From NCBI RefSeq assembly GCF_001949145.1, contig NW_019091361.1, positions 1,494,374 to 1,558,373 on the forward strand: a DNA stretch of 64,000 nucleotides. The letters are read 5' to 3'. The translations under genes and the position numbers were made by a program. The stretch is from Acanthaster planci. Taxonomy: Eukaryota. Shown here one piece after another: positions 1 to 12,540 of the stretch (position 1 is its first letter; every line of letters starts with the position of its first letter). The notes under the pieces are model-generated. The model saw nothing but the letters and a program-made list of their open reading frames with translations, was not told the DNA's origin and did no database searches.

Positions 1-54
1 TTCAGTTTCTACATGGAACATCTAACGATTTACACTTGTTCCTTTTCATGACAG

Positions 55-326
55 ACGGACGCAACTACGGTTTAAGCGAGCCTGGTTCCGGAGAGTACCG
101 AGGCTACGACCAGATATACTTCACCCCCAGCAGCAAACAGGTGTTGTCGGAGCTGCGCTCCAGCATGTACAGGAATCAAGAGCGAGACGACGACAACGCC
201 ACCACAACACAGCCGCTCATGACCACCACACTACAGCCCGACACCATCCCGCAGTACAACGACGACAGCGGGAATGACGGTTCCTCCCAGCCAGTGACGG
301 AGGCTGCAGAGGACAGCCAAAAGTAG
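55..326 (+). CDS. Terminal coding exon of a gene starting upstream of the window; low-complexity, Tyr/Thr/acidic C-terminal tail, family not recognised
   Basis: Pyrimidine tract and AG at 53-54 (ccttttcatgacag|ac). Open, GC-richer frame DGRNYGLSEPGSGEY...AAEDSQK to TAG at 324-326, followed by AT-rich UTR-like sequence. Confidence 0.6.
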
Positions 327-1832
327 ACACCGCCAAGCTGCAGTGTCTTTTGGACGTCCCAAAGTGCGAGAGGACTTTTTAAGCAAATTTAGACGGTATC
401 AAGTGTTAGTGTGGAAAGCTGGAGCATCAAAGAATTGTTTGCAGAACCAGTCTGGGAAATTATAGGTTTTCCTGTACAATTTCGGAAAATATGTAAATGA
501 ATAGTAATAGCAGCATTCGTTTTCGAGCGAAATGGAACGAACATTCAAATCCCCGTTTCTATTTAACAAAAATTCTATTTCATTGAGGGTGCATTCAGTC
601 GTTATTGCACTGGTTTAAAATGTTGACACTGATTTGTGCGCGAAATCGGATGTACCTCTGCAATCCCGCATTCATCTGAATTTGAACTCAATCTTTCACA
701 GAATGTGCAGGTGATTTCCCGCGGAGTGTTATCTAAAGGTATGCCTGGTCAAGAATTGGAATTCGTTTGTGTGCTAACAAAAGTTATATTCTTAGAAGTG
801 TTTAGTTGAATCGTTAAATGTTTGAATATTCATGACTGAAATAGACGGTTCGTGTTGTCTTTAAAAACATACCAGCTATTGTAATAATCCTATACAAAAA
901 CCGACGCTTAGGCAACCTTTCCTTCTCAAGCTTCGTTTTTGCCACAATCAGAGTTCACACTTGGCCTTCTTGCAGTGGCTGAAGGGGAAGATAAAAACAA
1001 TTACAGGCTTTATTTGGTGTACAGTTTGATAACAAATACACTATAATCCTTCATGAGTAACATTACATTCATTATCAAAATGGTGTCATGATTTCTGTAA
1101 CCCTGTATATTTCTAATCAAATTGAATGCAAATTTTGTGAATTTGAATTACCGCAAATGAAAATGAATACTCAATACCGACGGTTTACGGTACAAGACAG
1201 ATTTTCAGTAAATAACATTGCACATTAGTTATAATTGGCAACGAATACGACAAATCGGAAGCCTCATCAGTTTTTTGTAACCTGTCAAATGAAACATAAT
1301 GCACATTCAATTATTTGAAGGATGCAAAACAAAGTCTATTACTCGTATCGTTAAAATGAAACCAGGTTTTATGTCGTTTTTCAAAATCCACGCCAAACTG
1401 AATTTTTATTTTACGAATTAAACAGCGCATTTTCCGAAGTTGTCCGGGAAAACCTACATTAAACGGAGACAAGTATACAGGCGCTTAACATAGAACCCCA
1501 AGAGTCCACCAAACAGATGCCTACCTCTCCATTATTACGTCATTACTCGCACCTGCCAATCAAACTGGCTGAGCTTCGAGCCTCATATTTGATAAGACTT
1601 CCAGATCAGAGCCATATCTGAAAATCACATGCTGACTTTTTAGTAGGTGATTCCTGGCTTAGTCAGAAGGTGGCCTGTCTATCAGTTCTTGTTTACCCAT
1701 TTTACGGGTATAATGTTTCAGCCACACCCTTGATCAGACAACAAATCAGACAAATGACAGTATGCACCTTCACCGTCCGGGGGCGGTGTTGAATTTGTGG
1801 GATCCTCTTAATAAAAAGGACTATGAACAACG

Positions 1833-1993
1833 CGGGCGTTTCACAGTAGTGAGCCTCCGAGAATTTGCAACGCGTTGGCCAATCACAACGCGCGAAATTT
1901 TTCGACCATTTCTAAACGCGCATTGGGGCGAGAGATTGTGATTGGCCAACACGTTGCAAACTCTTAGAGGCACAGTATTGTGAAACGCCTGTA
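1833..1993. mobile_element. Palindromic MITE family A, copy 1
   Basis: ~60-bp imperfect inverted arms (GGGCGTTTCACA..GCAACGCGTTGGCCAATCACAA / TTGTGATTGGCCAAC..GTGAAACGCC). The same sequence recurs at 10297, 20942, 55223 and 63098. Confidence 0.85.
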
Positions 1994-4900
1994 TTAGTGA
2001 AATGTTTATGAGCCAAGGGGCCCGGTAAAATGTGCTGATTGCATTAGACATTCGTCTGAGCACAACATTCGCTCTCCTTATTACTTGTGACTGTTGTGGT
2101 AGTTTGTTGAACCTCGATATGGACGTTTATAGTCAGCTGAAGGGCATTCGCTAAGTGCATCCGAAAGTTTTTGCAAACTAATACCACATTTCACAAGTGT
2201 TTGGTGCGACATCCAGGACGGTGGAGGAAACTCATAAGCTCAGTAGCTCATGCTTATTGTGCTGAAGTTAACTCAAAGTGGAACACTGTTAAAGCTTCCA
2301 CTCTGGTTTGGTTTCATTCGTGTTATAAAATGGCTACAAGAAATTAAAATGTATGGATGTCCTAAATCTTGAGGTGTTCATGCTGGAAACATGGCAAGGT
2401 TTGGCGCCCTCTACTGTCAATGTAAATAATTACATTTTAATTATTGTTACGTGACTAGAATTTAGATATAGGGTATTTCTTGTAACTGTGGAATTAAAGG
2501 ACTGACGATTCTGCATAGCAACACGGTGAATTGGTAAGCAGAAGAAAGCAATTTCGTTTGTCATTCATTAATGTCGGCAGGAAGTTAAGAGTTCAATGTA
2601 GTAAGCATTGCATATGACGATTGCACTATTCTGTCTGCGCATGTCAAAGACTCTCATTAGCGATATTTTGAGGCCGTTTATAGGCTGCTGGTGTGCTCAT
2701 TAGGTTAAGATTTAGAGGGCAAATTATCCCCAACTCCGACATGTGGTAACAGCTCACTGAATTTGCTTTGCCAAGCCCATCTCTCGTCTTGACGTAATGG
2801 TCAACTATGATTCGACGATATGGGCATGTTTTTGGCGCAACCTTAGACATTTGTTTAATGACTCATTGAAATAATTATGTGATAAAAATAGTTGTCAGTG
2901 TCTTTTAGCTACGCTCAATAATCAAATCCTCGGCTGCAATTCTTCTCTTCTGACTATCATTTAGCGTAATTATGATCAGCTGGTTTAAGGAAACAAGATC
3001 AACAATAATGGAAACAAATATGGCTTTGAGATGCAACTGTGGGATTTATTGTAAACGGATATTTAACATACTTTGGGAAGTCCTGAATTTCATTTAACTG
3101 CACACATGACCTCTCTCTGGGCACTGTTTCAGAAAAATGTAGGCTTTATAAATCTTCCCCCCAAATGTCTTATTCACTTCATATAGGTTCAACTTACTGC
3201 CGTTTATAGCATCGTAATCTTCTTAATCAGTCTGCATAATGTACACATTGATTATTGAAATGGGTATACGTTATTATCAAATATCTGACCACTCGTGGTC
3301 CTACCTCAATAATGATATCATTAAACCAGTATGTTACATATTTGCTATACACTCCATATTGCTGGTATGTGGACTGTGTGATCTACCACGACGTACTTCG
3401 ATATGAAGCATGGGGGAGAGGCCAGTGCTGCAAATGTGTGTACAGTGAATGACTAAAGCTACCCTCTAAAACTGTTTATTCGACTGAGCAGGTATGACTG
3501 CCTGCTCAAATCAAAGAGAGAGAGAGAGATTGAGAGAGGAAGAAAAAAACAAATCAAAATAGATTGTGTACTCGGTTCTATTCTGAGAAAGCTGAAATGA
3601 GGATTTCTCCAGGTCCGAGAAGGGTGCATTGAGAGTTCTGTTCATTTCGCATTAGGGGATTTTTTTTTTTAATGTGGCGAGTCTGCTGGTCGGTTAGTCG
3701 GACAATCTTCAGTCAGTTCTGTCAAGAATTGGACATTGCTTTCAAAGACGGCCATTCCGTAGTGGAAAGACAAATCAGGAGCTCAATGGACTGCTTATGC
3801 ACAATTAAGCCTCACTATCTATCTGTGGGGATTTAAACCTGCATTTGGCCGAGCTGTCTCGCATAAGTCGGCCAAAACGGGCCCCTTAAAGCAGGGGGCT
3901 ACGGAACCTAACATTCTAGTCCCAGGTGTATTTAATGTGTTTGACCCACCCATCTCAGGGTCGAGATCGAGGGTGCACTGGGGAATCTTAGAAGGTGGTT
4001 GTTACTCGGCATGTTTACAGAGATGACATGAGCGGCTGGGAACCCTGACCCTGCAGTATCGCAGATTAGTGTAGTTGACGAGGAAAGGGTGTGGGTGCAT
4101 ACAAAGGGGCGGATGCCTACCACGCCCGAGAATTCAGTTAAATTGAGCAATTGAAAAAAAAAACGCCATATGGGGCGTTCTTCATCTAAGATTCCCGTTC
4201 AGGGGAACGACTGGCTGGATAGCTATTATGATGATAGCTATGAGAGAGAGTGTGATTCATCGTATTAGATAAAGAACTATGTTCCCCAGGGTCGAGGGTA
4301 AGAAGCGTGCGATGCGAGAAGCGAGATGCGTTGATGCATTTGGGACCGCATGCAGTCAATACTTTTCAACGGCATAATAACAGATAACACAGGAGATGCA
4401 TCGTAAAAACTTACAAAAATCTTTCCGGTAATCTGTCACGTTCTAATATCTTGCCCTTTTCATTTTAAACACATAGGGGCGTCACTAGAGGGGTAGGGAG
4501 GGTGTGACACCCTTGTCATGTTAGTCAGCAAAATCGCCTTTCTTGACCAAAAAAAAGTGCTATCGTCGGGAACAAACTTTGCAAGTCCGGCTACGGTCTT
4601 ATCCTCCCTGATCCGTCGTCACTTCTGAACTTTAAACATTCAAATCCCTGATACCTGAGGGGTACCGGGAATGGGGGGGGGGCGTGCCCTCATGGCGACC
4701 CCTCCCTCCGTGGCTACGCCCTTGACATCCTTTCCCCTGTAGAACTGGTCTAATGAACCCTTCAAACAGGTCTTTTCGAGGGATGCTTTTTAATTCGGTT
4801 AAAGGACCTATGCAATAAAATTTTCCTTGAATCGCTGTTTGTGAATGTTGGAGCTCTTCTTCAGTGAATGGAAAGTGTTTGAAATCTTTTTTTCTGAGTT

Positions 4901-6265
4901 AAGTCAACTTTAAAGTTCACCTTTAAAAAAGTCTAATTTTACCAAGATTTTTTCAGACAAGTGAGGAAGCCGTTTTTATAGTGTGATATAACGGGAGGTA
5001 CAGACACAGTTCAGTTTGTAAATTTTCGTGAACAATTTTCGAACCCCAAAATGCTCTTTGAAAACATTTCTGAGAAAAGGTTGCTAGCTGGCTTCTCGCC
5101 AAATAGTATCCCAATAAAAAAAATGCCAAAGCAAATGGAAATAGTCAACATTAAGGTTCGCCGCCTCGGATTACACCCCAGTTTTGCTCACGATAGTGCA
5201 AAATCGTTTGAACATAAAATCAAAAGGCCCCAAAATACAGATAAAAATAGCAAAACAAAATCTGGAAAATTGAAAGTAAGGTTAATTGCAGCACAAAGGT
5301 ACAATTTCAAGGATTATAGTAAAATGTTACTAGTACACGGTCCCCATATGTTCCTCTTAACGACCTATTTTATGGGAAGTAATATCTTCAACGGCAAAGC
5401 CGCAACAGTGTGCATTTATCTAGAACACCCCGAGCATCTAAAAGCAAGCTAACCAGCAAAAATGTTTCAAACCTTTACAGCAAACTGTAGTAACACTTGT
5501 GACTTACCTTTCGTTTGACTTCTCACACACAGAAAATTGCTTCATAAATCCATGGAGATGGCGTTTGCAAGAATACAAGAAGCCAAAAGGAAAACTATTA
5601 ATTTATTACATTTGTTCAGCAAATTATATAAGCACTGAATTTCGTCCAGCATTGAATCAGTGTATACAAGTCTCATCCCAAGAAGATATTCATCTGTCGT
5701 CTTTTGCCAATTCATCTCTTAAAAACAGAAACCTGTATAGCTGGACTTATTCAGTCACTAATTTGCGATACGCTCACGAAATGTGGGCTTAAAATTGTCG
5801 TGATGTTCGGTTTTGTGGCAATCACTCAACACCGTGAGGATCTCACCATTGAGGACTGCACTTATGAAACTGAAGACTGGCACCACTCAAGTCAGTGGGT
5901 GTAGCTTCAAATCCAGAATATAGGGGCCTATTCTTGTATTTCGTATGGGATAGAAACTTTATACAAAACTCGTGTGGATCACTTGTATTTTATCTTTTAT
6001 GCAAACTTCTATCGACAGAGGTTGGTAGGTTGACTGTTTAGTGAGGTTTTTTCCCACTCTATAAAGACCAGCTAAAGAACTAGAGCTGAGGTCCGGGCTG
6101 ATGAAACAATTGTCTTTTGATATTCTCCCCTTTGAAATCGCTACACAATTGATTTTGCTACAATGAAGTCTACGCAGCCTGTGATATATATGCAGACAAT
6201 GTTGAAATGTTAATACCATCGGCATGTATGTTTAATTTGTTGAGCGCAGTCGTGGGGACATTTCA

Positions 6266-6276
6266 TGCGCATGCGC
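6266..6276. promoter_or_regulatory. NRF1-type palindrome (TGCGCATGCGC) in a short CpG-rich patch; candidate promoter
   Basis: Matches the NRF1/ewg/P3A2 consensus YGCGCAYGCGCR. Possible + strand splice sites follow (donor near 6442, exon-like 6827-6949). Confidence 0.3.
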
Positions 6277-9200
6277 GTCGTTGTCTGCGTGGGAGTACAT
6301 GTTCTGGATGTTGCGCGTGATTGTACTTTCACTTATAATTGAGTCAATTTCTTGTTTACACAAAACGGAAAAGTTAGTTATTCTCTTGTCTTGGACTTCA
6401 GGTCTGACTGCTGCAAAACAAGTCTCAGCGGTGTAGATAAGGTTAGAATGTTTTGTTATGAGAAAATGAGACTTTAGGAGTGGCCCGACGGTTTATTTTA
6501 GGCAAACGAGAAAGCAACAACAATTCTGATGCTGTGAAAACGGGGTGGATAAATTAAATTAAAGAAGAGTTTGTACAAAAACAAACATGAAAAAGAGTTG
6601 CATATTTTATTCAACTTCACTCACAGAATGAATGATAAAAAATAATTGCTAAAAAGAATTGGGGAAATATTACACAACTGGAGTAAAATGTGGTCAAAAT
6701 GAAATACAAGGCTTTTCTGTAGTTTCTAACTGATTTGTTTAAATGTAATTTTGTGATTTTACACGAGTTGTGTAACTACGGTCAAACTTACGTAAAGGTT
6801 AATTGTTATACGTTGTGTTTTTACAGATATCACCATGTCTTTCGATGCATGGCGGACGTGTTTACGTCAACCAACGGGCTTCGGGACGGAAAATATGAAG
6901 AAAGTTGTGCCGAAGTAAAGTGTTGACCACCTTCAACGAATATTCGAAGGTAACTAATACTGTATATAAACGTGATCTTAGTTAAGAATGCGAAATTTTA
7001 ACAGCATTGTTAAAATTCGGATTTGTTCGCTGTTGACACTGCGTGAGTGAGGCCTGTTATATGTACGGTTATTTCGATGCATGGCTGACAGATGTATGGC
7101 TGATGTATGACAGGTCTTCACTGCCAGAGAAGTCTAATGCACGTGTTGAGTTGACCTGAGTGTATTTGTTTTCAGTTTTGTTCTGTTCTGTTGTACCATC
7201 CTCCATGGCTGTACGCAGTGTCACAATCAAGATACATATAGTTAGGAGCTTTCAAAGCAGTGGAATCGGGAGTTTTAAATTCTTTGTTCTTGCAAAACGT
7301 AAGCCTCCCCCCGTCAGAAAGTCCAATTAAATCAAGTAAAACTGGTTTAATCAAAAACAATGTCTTAAAGCATGTCTTACAAGATATGTGGTGTTTTATA
7401 ATCCTCTAGCCAAGTTAAACTCTAAACTGATAAGTACAACACAGAAATTCTTTATAATTCTTAGGTGCTAATTTTGAGCCTTAAGTAGTACTCAAGCCAG
7501 GAAACTATACCTTTCGAAATTAACTTAAACAGACTACAGTTTGAACACTGAATTTTGGATTTCACAGTTTCTAGAAAATTTTGCAGACTCTTTGAATGTT
7601 TAGATTTTAAAAGGGCATATAAGAGTTTCGAATCCTCATTTTTTATCAAAACTACTTGGACCATATTTCAAATTACCATTGACTTTCTGATTTCTTGCTT
7701 TTGTTAACCACCAAAGTCAAACAAACTGTGGCTTTTTTCTGCATATTGCATCGGGGGTGAGGCTTAATTTTCTAGAAAACAGTGAAACCTATCTGTGCCT
7801 TGTTTGCTTATCATTTTAGAAAACAGTACTTTCTACATTTGTAAGTTTAAAATGAAATTTTTTAAAATGAAAAATTTTAAAATTTTTAAAAAAATTTTAA
7901 AATGAAATTTAAATCCAGCGAAAGAGATTTCTGCTTTCCTGTTTAATGACAGTCCTTTAAACATAATCTTACGTTTAATCCTACTACACGTATTGTGTTT
8001 CAATGGGAATGTTTTCACAAACCAACAGCATATCATGGAAAAAAATCTGTTTGAAGTGTACTGGAAAAATTCACTTATAAATTGCGATATTCATTGATTG
8101 GGGATAAACAGTCAAGCTTCAGCATATATTATTGTTATTACTGAGTTACTTAGTGTCTGAGAAACTGATTGTTTAAAATCAAAATTCAAATAAAGGTAAA
8201 TTCACCATAAAATCTGGTACAGTTATGACATAAAACCCAATAACCAGGTAAGGCCCCCAAACGTTTCAGGTTTCTGGTCAGCACGCGCGTTGCCAGAGAC
8301 CAGCGCGTCGGCAAATTAAAAAAGATTTGTATTTGGTATAAACGATGACCAAAAGCTGCCAAACTTGCTTGATCAACTGGAATCCTGCTACTGCGTAACT
8401 GTATACGTTTTTTTAACGGGGTATGATTGACTAATGTCCTGTGTAGGAGTCCCTCTTGTTCCCCATACACTTAGTCGGGCACTCTTTTTCAGATGACGTC
8501 ATTGAATTATACATTTACATCTGGAAACCATACAAACGAGGTGGTCAAATGTCCTGTGTACATGTACAATCTGAAAATGCTTTATAATAGTAAAAAGTTC
8601 GGGCCAGTCTATTTTAGTGTTAGAAGTGGCAGACATTACGTGTGCATGCGCATGTAGTCGCGATGGCCATCGCGCGTTATACCGGTACGTGTATCATTTC
8701 CAGAAAAAAAGTGAGGGTAAAAAACAAATCCACGTCGCCGCACCGCTTTTGGAGCCAGCTCCCAACCAGAAACATTAAGAATGTAAAATATAGTAAAAAG
8801 ACTCATCTTTTTTCTACAGGCACAGTTACGCACCCTGAGAACAGCGGATCATGGGGTCCAACGTTCGAATCCCACTAAGGTCATCGCGACAGGGGACAAG
8901 GCGGGTGCTTGCCCCAAAAAGTAAACAAAGAAAAGTACAGAAAAAAATGAAGGGAGAGAGATGTAAGGGGATGAAAATCACCAATTTTTTTGAAGACAAA
9001 AACCCTCGGAGTTGACCCTCTTACACATTGTTTATGATTTATCAGCTCGTTGCTTATGGGTTCTTTGACCCCCCCGAAGAAAATGCTGGCGACGCCCATA
9101 AACCCCACACACTGGGTTTCATCATCCATTCAGTATAAAAAATGATCCATTCAAATACATGCTGAGCAATTGCGTGGTTGCTTGACCTCTACTGCTGAAA

Positions 9201-10296
9201 CTGTTGAAGCGTTAATTGAGGGAGCATGGCGAAACACCTTTCGCGGACTTGGCTGACCTTTTCTCCCACCCTTTGAGGAAATTGACCACTTTCAGGTTTA
9301 TAGATTGTCTGATTGGTAGGGGAGGATTGGGTTCCGTGTAGACATCATCCAGGGTAAGTTCATTCTGACCCCCAAATCTTCTGGACATGCATATTTTGGA
9401 ATGCTACGACGCTGGCATTAAACGTTCAAAGGTAAACCCTGAGTGATTTCAATCCTCAGTTCACTTTCGGTGAAGGAAACTTCGACCAAAGGGACGATCA
9501 CCACGCTTTCTTTGGTTGACTTCAAAGATTCATTTTTTTTCTGCGAGCGTCCGGTGTGTGTACACATTTCATTTTGTCCTTCGCTATAATTTTCCATCCC
9601 ATTCGGCTGTTTCCTCCGTTCTTTCGTTGCGAGAGTTGACATTTCCTCAGGCTCCCTGATTCAAAAACTGATCCGCCCATGCTTCAAGGTCACCTACTGG
9701 AAGGTCGGAGTGAAAACAAACGCTAGAGGGCCTGGAGACTTCTCACGGGGAGGGGTATATGATAGTGATTACTCTTGTATCTATTTTCTCAAATAAAAAG
9801 GTACAACATGAAATAAAAACGAAACAATAAGGTTTTCTTAGAAGGAAAGTTAATAGAGGAAAAAATAGACATTCTGTTATGGATAATTATTTAATTAACA
9901 CTTGCAGAGGACATTTTCCAAAATTTAGCGAGCCTTTTGACAACTCTCATATTTCGATTATTTTTAAATACAGAAAACTCATATGTTCACAGCAAAAAAA
10001 AATTGGGTGAAAGTGAAGTGCCCTTTGCAATCGATGAAGGCGTTTTAGTGGCGTGGGCAGGGTTGGTACAAGTATATACCTCTCTGCATATCAGTGGCAT
10101 AAATTTCTGGCGGGAACTGGTGGGATGGGGGATTGTGGGGATGACTTACCCCGCCATGGACATTCGAAAAGTGTGTGTGTGGGGGGGGTGCTGACACCAA
10201 AGTTTATGACAAGGCTGGAGTGATGTTCGTAATACAGATGTACATCTGTAATACATGACACTCCAGCAGAACCTTCAAAGAAATGGCGTATTTCAA

Positions 10297-10468
10297 TACG
10301 GGCGATTCACAATAGTGCGCCTCCAAGAGTTTGCAACGCGTTGGCCAATGACAACGCGCAAAATTTGTCGACCCTTTCCAAACGCGTACTGGGTCAACAG
10401 ATTTCGCGCATTGTGATTGGCCAACGCGTTGCAAACTCTTGGAGGCGCACTATGGTGAAACGCCCGTG
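10297..10468. mobile_element. Palindromic MITE family A, copy 2 (best preserved)
   Basis: TACGGGCGATTCACAATAGTGCGCCTCCAAGAGTTTGCAACGCGTTGGCCAAT ... ATTGGCCAACGCGTTGCAAACTCTTGGAGGCGCACTATGGTGAAACGCCCGTG; TA at the left end. Confidence 0.9.
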
Positions 10469-12540
10469 TTTATTTTTGAAATGTTCTCCCTTTTTGAGTG
10501 CTACTGAATACATTTTGGTTGTTTGGAAGTCTGAAAAATTCTTGGAGATGGTTCTAATAGCTCATATCCCCCTGGTAAAAATGTGGGGAGGATTATAGGC
10601 CTATCCCTTCTCCCCGGGGATTTACGCCCATTGTGTAAATGTGAACTCAGGGTTTAAAAGGAGTGATTATTACGGGCATATCTTATTCAACCGTAGATCT
10701 GTTGACTCGAAAAGACCCAGGCAGAAACCAACGCGTCATGCAGTTTCTCCAGTATAGTGTTGCCCTTTTTATGCTATAGACTGTCCGCAGAACACATCGT
10801 GAACAGTCCAGCCCAAATGCCCGCTTTCTAAAGTTGGAGGTCAAGCAAACTTTCCCCTCTGCTTCCAATGAACACGCTCTGATGAGCTGCGTGCAGGTGT
10901 TTGTAAATGATCGTACCGACAGACCCTGTGTTGGTTACGTGGAACTTTACAGATGCGTCCACAATTTGCCAAGCTTTAAAAAGTTTGGGATAATCGAAAC
11001 CCTGGGGGAGGAATCCCCGGCCCTATATACCAACTGTGAGAGAGTCCCAGGAAAAACGGCTGAGGAAGACCTGTGTGATGAGATCTGTATCACCTCACCA
11101 CAAAGTTTGAAGCCGACAAAGGAGGGTCATCTTGTCAGTATCCGCCACTGACCTGTTGCCTACGTATAGCCATTTCTCATTAAAGGAACCCCCTGATTGA
11201 ATGCATAACGCAGCATGGAGTTAAGATAGTGTGATACCACTTGTTGCTTTATCTTTATGAAGGGTGGACAACCGACTTAAGTGACTTACAGAATGAGTAA
11301 TCAGGGTAGATTAACGTGTCAAGGAAAATAAATTTTAAGTTTGTAAATACGGTACCCCCACACACACACCCACACAGGTTCAAACTTTGGGTATAGAGGT
11401 CTAACATTTCCGTGAAAAAAAAATCTTAATTTTACTCGGCCACCTTAGCTTGTTTGTTTCATGAACAAAAAAAAGAAGTGTGAGGAAATTCATCTTTTAA
11501 AATACACCTAGAATTTCAATTAAAGCTATCTAAAGGTCTTCAGTTTTCATTTGAAAGTAACTATTTCCCTGCTTTTCTTCAAAGTTGCAGAAAGTGTACT
11601 AAATTATTCATTAAAAATGAATGAAATTGGATATATTAAAATTAAGGCCCTGAATATTTTTTTCTGGTATAATCATTTAAAACTGCGAGCTTTCTGATAT
11701 GATGGTTTAAGTGCTATATGAACGTGACAAAGGTTTATCTAACGGTCATCACTTAGTAAAGGCATTTGGCGGTTGTTTTGTTTTGCTCAGCATTTAATTA
11801 ATCTTTTCTTTTCTTTTTCAACGCAACTGATATTCTCGCCAGACTAACCTGAAGATATCACTATATCATTCTCGAAGTCTGGAGTGGCCTTGAACAATGA
11901 CTTATGGCATGTTTTTCTTTAAAAAAAGTCCCTGCCGATTTCCCCCTGAGCGTGTAGCGAACCAAGGATGATGGAAGGAAAGGGCGGGTTCGGAGGGGGG
12001 ACTTGAATCTTGACGTAACCAGTTTTCCTTCTTTCCCAAAGTTTTGAAGTTGTATCCACAACAACTTTACTTCTTATTCCCGGCGTTGGGGCTATTTTTA
12101 ACACGAGCCGGTGTCCCATGACATCGGCCTTCTGACTACTGTAGGAAACAGACTAATTCGATTAGCCTTGCCTGGGCTGTTTTTCTCCTTCGCTCGCCCT
12201 TTTCTGCTGTGCAGTCCAACAGTCCTGACAAGAGGGCAACGGGGCCGGCCTGTCAACCTGTGCCCATTCGTTAATCATCGCCAGTTCCTGAACCGCGTGA
12301 CGAAGCAGTCGGCCATTGGCTGGTGAACTCAGCAGGAACTTTACGTTCTATACCTCACGGCGTTGTGACTCAAATGTTCCGAAGGTGAATGCGCGCAGTG
12401 TGTCTATAATACGTCTGTCAGGCGCCAAGCCCGCCATTTTCACTGTAGAGTCCCACGAGCAAACGTCTAAAAAATTGGGATTTTTTATCTGCGCAAGTTT
12501 GTTGACTAGCCTTATTGTGAACACGACCAGGTTTCACACA

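Noticed and set aside
5051..5904. ORFs of 66-133 aa
   Set aside because: AT-rich with no recognisable motifs or consistent splice structure.
10204..10598. Similar short ORFs recurring at 1821, 10204/10341, 20821-21365, 55257 and 63183
   Set aside because: Chance translations of MITE family A, not a protein family.
12316..12540. 75-aa N-terminal extension of the Ig ORF
   Set aside because: Non-ATG start; the signal peptide follows the ATG at 12541.
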